From assembly GCA_963703285.1 (NCBI GenBank), contig OY969807.1:1024001-1088000 (forward strand): DNA of 64,000 bases. Direction: 5' to 3'. Positions 58,580 through 64,000 of the stretch are shown here, in pieces. Numbering within the stretch: position 1 is the stretch's first letter; each line of letters begins with the position of its first letter. Origin of the DNA: an uncultured Nitrososphaerota archaeon (GTDB lineage Archaea > Thermoproteota > Nitrososphaeria > Nitrososphaerales > Gagatemarchaeaceae). Below the pieces are notes generated by a model that was given only the letters and a program-made list of their open reading frames with translations, ran no database searches and had not been told where the DNA came from. A program made the translations under genes and the position numbers.

Positions 58580-59914
58580 GTGTCAGCGATGGATTCCCCG
58601 TACGCCGCCGAGACGGTCGACGAGATCGAGAGGTCATGGCAATCGGAAAGGTGGGCCGGGATAAAGAGGGCGTACTCGGCCGAGGACGTCTTCGCTCTGA
58701 GGGGCTCTATCAGGATACAGCACACGGTAGCGGAAGCCGCCGCCGAGAAGTTGTGGAGGGTCCTCCACTCCGATCCGTACATCCAGACCCTCGGAACCCT
58801 TACGGGGAACCAGGCCGTCCAGCTGGTGAAGGCGGGGCTGAAGGCCATCTACTTGAGCGGCTGGCAGATAGCGGCCGACGCGAACCTTGCGGGCCAGACC
58901 TATCCCGACATGAGCCTCTATCCCTCGAACAGCGCTCCGGCCCTCGTGAGGCGCCTCAATCAGGCCCTCCTCAGGGCTGACCAGATAGAGCACATGGGGG
59001 CTGACGCGGCGACCGACTGGCTCTGCCCAATCGTCGCTGACGGCGAGGCCGGGTTCGGGGGGCCCCTGAACGTCTTCGAGCTGACGAAGGGCTTGATTGA
59101 GGCGGGCGCGGCGGGTGCTCACTTCGAAGACCAGCTCGCCTCCGACAAGAAGTGCGGGCACATGGGAGGGAAGGTGCTGGTTCCCACGAGCCACTTCATC
59201 AGGACGCTTACGGCGGCGCGACTGGCATCGGACGTGATGGGCGCGCCCACGATAATAGTCGCCAGGACGGACGCGAAGGACGCGAGCCTGATCACCAGCG
59301 ACATCGACCCGCACGACAGGCAGTTCATGCTGGGCGAGAGGACCCCGGAGGGCCTCTTCAGGATGCGGAGCGGGCTGGAGACGGCCATCGCCAGGGGGCT
59401 CGCGTACTCGCCCTATGCCGACCTGCTCTGGTTCGAGACACAGAAGCCCGACCTGGACGAGGCGAAGCGCTTCGCTAACGCCATACACGCGGTCTACCCG
59501 GACAAGCTCATGGCCTACAACCTCTCCCCGTCGTTCAACTGGGACAAGGCCCTGACAGCCCTGGAGCAGGCGGATTTCCAGAGAAAGCTCGGGGAGCTCG
59601 GGTACCGCTTCCAGTTCATAACCCTCGCGGGGTTCCATTCGCTGAATCACGGCATGTTCGACCTGGCGAAGGGATTCGCGGAGAGGGGCCTCCCCGCGTA
59701 CGTCGAGCTGCAGCGGAAGGAGTTCGAGAGCGAAGCGAGGGGCTACACCGCGACCAGGCACCAGAGCTTCGTGGGAGCGAGCTACTTCGACGAGGTGCTC
59801 AGGGTCGTCTCGGGGGGAGTCGCATCGACCACCGCCATGGAAGGCTCGACCGAAGAGGGGCAGTTCATCTCCAACCGGGACAAGGTCGGCAAGCCCGTTA
59901 GCGGCTCGGGCTGA
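58580..59914 (+). CDS. aceA: Isocitrate lyase
   Basis: [47 protein letters not shown] and QFITLAGFH. Confidence 0.96.
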   Translation: MSAMDSPYAAETVDEIERSWQSERWAGIKRAYSAEDVFALRGSIRIQHTVAEAAAEKLWRVLHSDPYIQTLGTLTGNQAVQLVKAGLKAIYLSGWQIAADANLAGQTYPDMSLYPSNSAPALVRRLNQALLRADQIEHMGADAATDWLCPIVADGEAGFGGPLNVFELTKGLIEAGAAGAHFEDQLASDKKCGHMGGKVLVPTSHFIRTLTAARLASDVMGAPTIIVARTDAKDASLITSDIDPHDRQFMLGERTPEGLFRMRSGLETAIARGLAYSPYADLLWFETQKPDLDEAKRFANAIHAVYPDKLMAYNLSPSFNWDKALTALEQADFQRKLGELGYRFQFITLAGFHSLNHGMFDLAKGFAERGLPAYVELQRKEFESEARGYTATRHQSFVGASYFDEVLRVVSGGVASTTAMEGSTEEGQFISNRDKVGKPVSGSG

Positions 59915-59993
59915 GAGAGCCGCCCTTCGCCTGCGGGGCGGGGTCGCAGAAGTCTTTTAGCGCCAAGAGCTGCGGCCGGGGCTCGGCGGGAAA

Positions 59994-61077
59994 ATGCATT
60001 ACTTCGTCATCCTGACCAAGGAATGCAACCTCTTCTGCAGCTACTGCGGGGGAGGCAGCGACACCCCTCCAAGGGAGATCGAGTACTCGATCCAGGACCT
60101 CAGGTCGTTCCTCTCCCTCGACGAGGCACCCGTCATAGAGTTCTACGGAGGCGAGCCGCTCCTCCGGATGAGGACGATGAAGAGCATCATGGACTCGGTC
60201 CCAGGCAGATTCGTCATCCAGACGAACGGCATCTTCCTGGACAGGATTGAACCCGAGTATCTCTCGAGGTTCCACTCGATCCTCGTCTCGATCGACGGGA
60301 CGAAGGAGGTCACGGACAGGGAGCGTGGGAAGAGGGTCTACGAGCGCGTCATACGAAACGCGGGAGCTAGTCAGGACCAAGGGCTTCTCCGGGGACCTTG
60401 TGGCCAGGATGACCGTCGAGGAGGGGACGGACATCTACGAGAACGTGAGCCATCTACTCGGCACGGGGCTCTTCGACCACGTCCACTGGCAGCTTAGCTT
60501 CAGCATGTTCTGGAAGGGGGCGCAGGATTCGGAGGTCGGTCTCTCGAGTTGGATAGAATCGTACAACTCGGGCGTCACATCTCTCGTCGACGCCTGGACC
60601 GGCGAGATGTCTCGCACCGGCCGGGTCCCTGGTATAGTCCCCTTCGTCGCGCTGATGGATTCCCTCCTATCTGGGAGGGCGTCGCGCCTCCGCTGCGGTT
60701 CTGGCATAGACTTCTTCTCCGTCACGCCGGACGGGAAGATCTCGGCCTGCCCGGTCTCCATCGATTATGACTTCTCGCTGGTCGGCTCGATATTCGACAG
60801 CAGCCCCGGTTCGATCCGCGAGGTTGCAACGATCGGAGAGCCGTGCCTCTCCTGCGACATCTACGGTGTCTGCGGGGGGAGGTGTCTCTTCGTAAACAGG
60901 ATGCAGGAGCTCCTTCGCGAGGATGGCTTCAAGTACATCTGCTCCACCGTCAAGCACCTGGTGAGCGAGCTGAAGAGGTCGCAGCCCGCGGTCGAGGCCC
61001 TGATCAGGCAGGGGACGGTAAAGAGATCCGACTTCGAGTACCCCGAACTCAACAACGGCTGCGAGATCATCCCGTGA
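59994..61077 (+). CDS. Radical SAM/SPASM protein (TIGR04084-like), split by a +1 frameshift near 60362
   Basis: CNLFCSYC, FYGGEP, QTNG and SIDG; the second frame has ARMTV, HWQL, CGSG..SACP, C..C....CGGRC and GCEIIP. Confidence 0.85.
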
Positions 61078-61092
61078 GTCGGCCGTCTTCTG

Positions 61093-61394
61093 CTGCTACC
61101 CTTCCCTGAGCGCGGGGATGAACGCGACGATATCGCCGACGTTTGTGGTCGCCCAAGTCTTGAGTTCCGCCACGATCCCCCCATGGGACGCGCGCAGCCT
61201 CTCGACCCTCGATCCGAACGAATCCTCGTCTCAGCGACGACATCCCCCTTCGAGACGAGCTGTCCAAGGGAGACCTTCAGCTTGAGGTATCCGGACCTGC
61301 TCGCTCGAATGTGACCCAGGATAACTGAGCTTCGCCGGTTCAGGCTGAGACTCTCGAACTGGAGCAAGGCTTCAGCGACAAAACCGGGAGCCAC
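61093..61394 (-). pseudogene. C-terminal remnant of a succinylglutamate desuccinylase/aspartoacylase-like protein
   Basis: IRASRSGYLKLKVSLGQLVSKGDVVAE then, after a 1-base shift near 61228, EDSFGSRVERLRASHGGIV..NVGDIVAFI; the catalytic domain is absent. Confidence 0.55.
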
Positions 61395-61407
61395 ATTAAT
61401 GGATAGG

Positions 61408-61502
61408 TGGACCGGGGGGGAATCGGACCCCCGACCTAGGGAAGCTCTCGGGGCTTTCTCCCGCGTGCAAGGCGGGCGTTCGTACCGCTGAACTACCGGC
61501 CC
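61408..61502 (-). tRNA. tRNA-Ala(TGC) with a 22-nt variable-loop intron (~61436-61457)
   Basis: GGGCCGG/CCGGTCC with G3-U70, CCCGC-CT-TGC-AC-GCGGG; removing the insert restores AGGTC; T-loop reads TCCGATT. Confidence 0.85.
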
Positions 61503-61653
61503 ACGAGGGAGCCAGAGATGAGTAGCTTCTTATCTTCTTCCCGTTTTCTCAACCTTTCGCGTGGCCTGACAGGCTCTTGACCCCAGGTGGTTTCCGAAAC
61601 GTCATGTGAGATGGGTCACGCTTATAGCGGAACACTTCCGCCCCGCTCTCGCT

Positions 61654-61750
61654 GGGCCGGTAGCTCAGAGCTCCAAAAAGGGGCGGGCAGCTTAGCTAGA
61701 GCACTCGACTGATAATCGAGAGGTCGAGGGTTCGAATCCCTTCCGGCCCA
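61654..61750 (+). tRNA. tRNA-Ile(GAT) with a 22-nt D-loop intron (61669-61690, position 15/16)
   Basis: GGGCCGG/CCGGCCC, CTCGA-CT-GAT-AA-TCGAG and GAGGG-TTCGAAT-CCCTT; BHB with GCTC:GGGC helix and AGA/AGC bulges. Confidence 0.88.
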
Positions 61751-61838
61751 TTTATTCAAACTAGCTTAGGAGGGACTCCGCGCTAGTCCGTAGCATATGG
61801 CGAAGAAATCAGCGGCCTTGAACACGACTGTTCTTACA

Positions 61839-62855
61839 TCAGCTTGCGTCCTCAACTCTCTTCAAGACTCGAAGAGCAGTGAGCGTAATCCATTTGCTCG
61901 GTTTGCTCGGCTCTTCCAACACGAAGGGCCTGAGCTTCTTCACCCTCTTCACGAGGTCGTCGTTCGCGCCTGCGTCCACGTCAGGGTGCACCTTGTCCAG
62001 TGGCCAGGTTCCGTCGATTCGGCGCTTGTCATTGAGGATTTTGAGGGCTGGCTTGAGTCGCCTGTCGTCTGCATATCCCAGCTTCGTAATCACGTCCAGC
62101 CCGATCAATACGTCATAGAAGTAGTGAACGGGATAGTGGAATCTAAACCAGGGCGGGTATCTCGCTTCGCCCTCCTCGAACAGTTTTCGCTCTAGGTAGA
62201 ATTCAGCTCCCCGCGAGATGGACTGCTGAATCCTCCTCGACCTCTTCGACTTCGGCAGGGCGGCGAAGGCGGCCAAGGCTTCCCAGCTGTCCAGAGTACC
62301 GTGCTCGTTCTTATTGTCACAGTTCCAGCCGCCGTCTTCCTTCTGGTCCTCGAGCAACCTGTCATACAGTTTCCTCACCCTGTGGTCGTCGCCGTAGCCG
62401 AAGTGCACCATCATGCGGGCTGTATTCCCTACGATGCACATCTCCTCGGTGAAGAAGTTGACCGGCGTCCCCAGCTGAAGCTTGTACTCGAAGAGGAGTT
62501 CCGCAATCCTTCCAATCCTCGGGTCTTCAGAGGTGAGTCCCAGGTCTGAGAGAACCAAGGCCCGCCAAATCGTGGAACGGTACTCAGGGAACTGCAGAAA
62601 TCTCAGCCAGCTGCGGACGCTCTTGGGCTCTCGTGGTTCAAAGTATCCCTTTGGCTTCTGGAGCCTCAGGATGTCGTTCGCCCAGCCTTTCTCAGGGATC
62701 ATTGAACGGGCTTCTCTTGCTTCCGGATCGTTTTCCTTGCGCCCGAGAATGTCAACCAGTGTGAAGTACCGGACCGAGGGCTGAGTCTCATCGAGCAACC
62801 AGCCTAGGACACGCTGGTTCAGTTCGCTGGACCCTGAATTAGCAAGCTGGCTCAA
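61839..62855 (-). CDS. Prenyltransferase/squalene-cyclase-repeat (alpha/alpha barrel) hypothetical protein
   Basis: WLL...PSVRY, QKEDGGWNC, FHYP..YFYD.L, DGTW.L and PSKWITL.AL. Confidence 0.8.
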   Translation of the reverse strand: MSQLANSGSSELNQRVLGWLLDETQPSVRYFTLVDILGRKENDPEAREARSMIPEKGWANDILRLQKPKGYFEPREPKSVRSWLRFLQFPEYRSTIWRALVLSDLGLTSEDPRIGRIAELLFEYKLQLGTPVNFFTEEMCIVGNTARMMVHFGYGDDHRVRKLYDRLLEDQKEDGGWNCDNKNEHGTLDSWEALAAFAALPKSKRSRRIQQSISRGAEFYLERKLFEEGEARYPPWFRFHYPVHYFYDVLIGLDVITKLGYADDRRLKPALKILNDKRRIDGTWPLDKVHPDVDAGANDDLVKRVKKLRPFVLEEPSKPSKWITLTALRVLKRVEDAS

Positions 62856-63196
62856 TGACTGGTATCAGGCCCAATTGGTCCTGACTTCGGGGATTTTTAA
62901 CCTAACTCGGTGTGCGAATCGGCGACCGCCCATTGGACCTCGATTCAAAGGATGAGATATGCCTGCGCAAGCGCAATGAGCCTGAGGCGCGCCCCCCTCC
63001 CGGCGAATCTGAATGGGTTTTCCAATGCGCAGCGGTTGATTTGGCGGTCGCCGACCACTCTTCGGGTTCCCCATCATCGTGACCCGCCATTTTGGGGCGG
63101 TCTGGAGGACTCTCACACTTTCAATGACCCCTCCTCCGACCAAATAAGGAACTTCGGTTAGAGGATTAAATAGCCCGAACCAAACGAGAGTCTGCC

Positions 63197-63895
63197 TTGA
63201 CAGAGTTCGTCCTAGTGCCGGGAGCATGGCTCGGGTCGTGGGCGTGGAGGAAGGTCGTTCCCCTGTTGGAGGAGAAAGGTCACTCTGCCTACCCTGTTAC
63301 GTTGACGGGGATGGGCGAGCGGGTCCACCTCGCTTCGAAGGATTTCGGCATTGAAACCGCCATACAGGACGTCCTGAACATCGTCAAGTACAACGACCTC
63401 GACGATTTCGTGCTAGTGGGCCACAGTTTCGCTGGCAAGGTCGTGGCAGCCGTGGCGGACCGCGAGCCTAAGAGGGTTAAGAAGCTCCTCTACGTCGACG
63501 CGTTCCGGCCCGGGAAGGTCAGAACGCCGCAGGGTGCTTTCAACCCGACGGAGTTCGGGCCAATTCCCCCCGAGAGCTGGACTATCCCCTTCACAGAGGA
63601 GATTCTGGAGAGTATCGGAAAGGACGTGATCGGCCAAGACCGAACGTGGATGCTGTCCAAAGCCACGCCGTGGCCGTTGAGACTCGCCGGAGAACCGGTG
63701 ACCCTCTCCGGGAGCTTTGACAGCGTGAAGAGCGCGTACATATTCTGCACGGGCGGCGGGGACTCCGTCGAAGAAATCCTGAGCGGAAAGTGGGGGAAGC
63801 TGGAGGGTCCTTACAGAGTCATAGAGTCAGGGCACTGGCCGATGATAACGAAGCCGGACGAGCTGGTCAATGACATGCTCGATTTGTCCCGTTGA
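63197..63895 (+). CDS. Alpha/beta hydrolase (methyl/salicylate esterase-like)
   Basis: FVLVPGAWLGSW.W, LVGHSFAG and SGHWPM. Confidence 0.9.
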   Translation: MTEFVLVPGAWLGSWAWRKVVPLLEEKGHSAYPVTLTGMGERVHLASKDFGIETAIQDVLNIVKYNDLDDFVLVGHSFAGKVVAAVADREPKRVKKLLYVDAFRPGKVRTPQGAFNPTEFGPIPPESWTIPFTEEILESIGKDVIGQDRTWMLSKATPWPLRLAGEPVTLSGSFDSVKSAYIFCTGGGDSVEEILSGKWGKLEGPYRVIESGHWPMITKPDELVNDMLDLSR

Positions 63896-64000
63896 GTTCG
63901 ATTCGGCAACGCTGAAGACTTGCTTCCACGAGAGCGGGAGAAAGTGGCTTTGAAGAGTTCAGTCACTGATTGGCTCCTTGAGGAAAAACAACCTTCCATC

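Noticed and set aside
1-64000. CRISPR array, rRNA, transposase or integrase
   Set aside because: No regularly spaced repeats, rRNA-like segments or recombinase motifs were seen.
61408-64000. Integrated element at the tRNA-Ile or tRNA-Ala 3' end
   Set aside because: Downstream DNA looks somewhat lower in GC, but no duplicated tRNA 3' end or integrase is seen in the window.

Overview
GC-rich archaeal chromosomal segment. Intron-bearing tRNAs, TATA-type promoters, a HerA-like ATPase, pyruvoyl arginine decarboxylase, class II HMG-CoA reductase and a TIGR04084-like radical SAM enzyme fit a non-ammonia-oxidising Nitrososphaerota/TACK heterotroph; this taxonomy is inferred. It holds about 65 genes: a ModE-controlled molybdate/tungstate ABC system, a catabolic island (two LLM oxidoreductases, isochorismatase, M24 peptidase, CocE hydrolase, APC permease, aldehyde dehydrogenase), mevalonate and polyamine genes, heat-shock/protease genes, sdhACDB, isocitrate lyase and three tRNA genes with four introns. 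Most notable: (1) a papain-family (C1A) protease interrupted by a 350-aa LAGLIDADG intein immediately before its catalytic Cys; (2) an orphan contractile-injection-type tail-tube gene ending in a G_GGC_CCC-TAG slippery site, followed by a start-less -1-frame domain; (3) an identical 21-bp, 11-bp-phased element at the same distance from the TATA boxes of two genes 14 kb apart; (4) a second intein in the Walker A motif of a HerA-like ATPase; (5) three +1 frameshifts that all coincide with CGCGGG, suggesting systematic, possibly methylation-linked sequencing error. Family assignments come from motif recognition by eye; no database searches were run.
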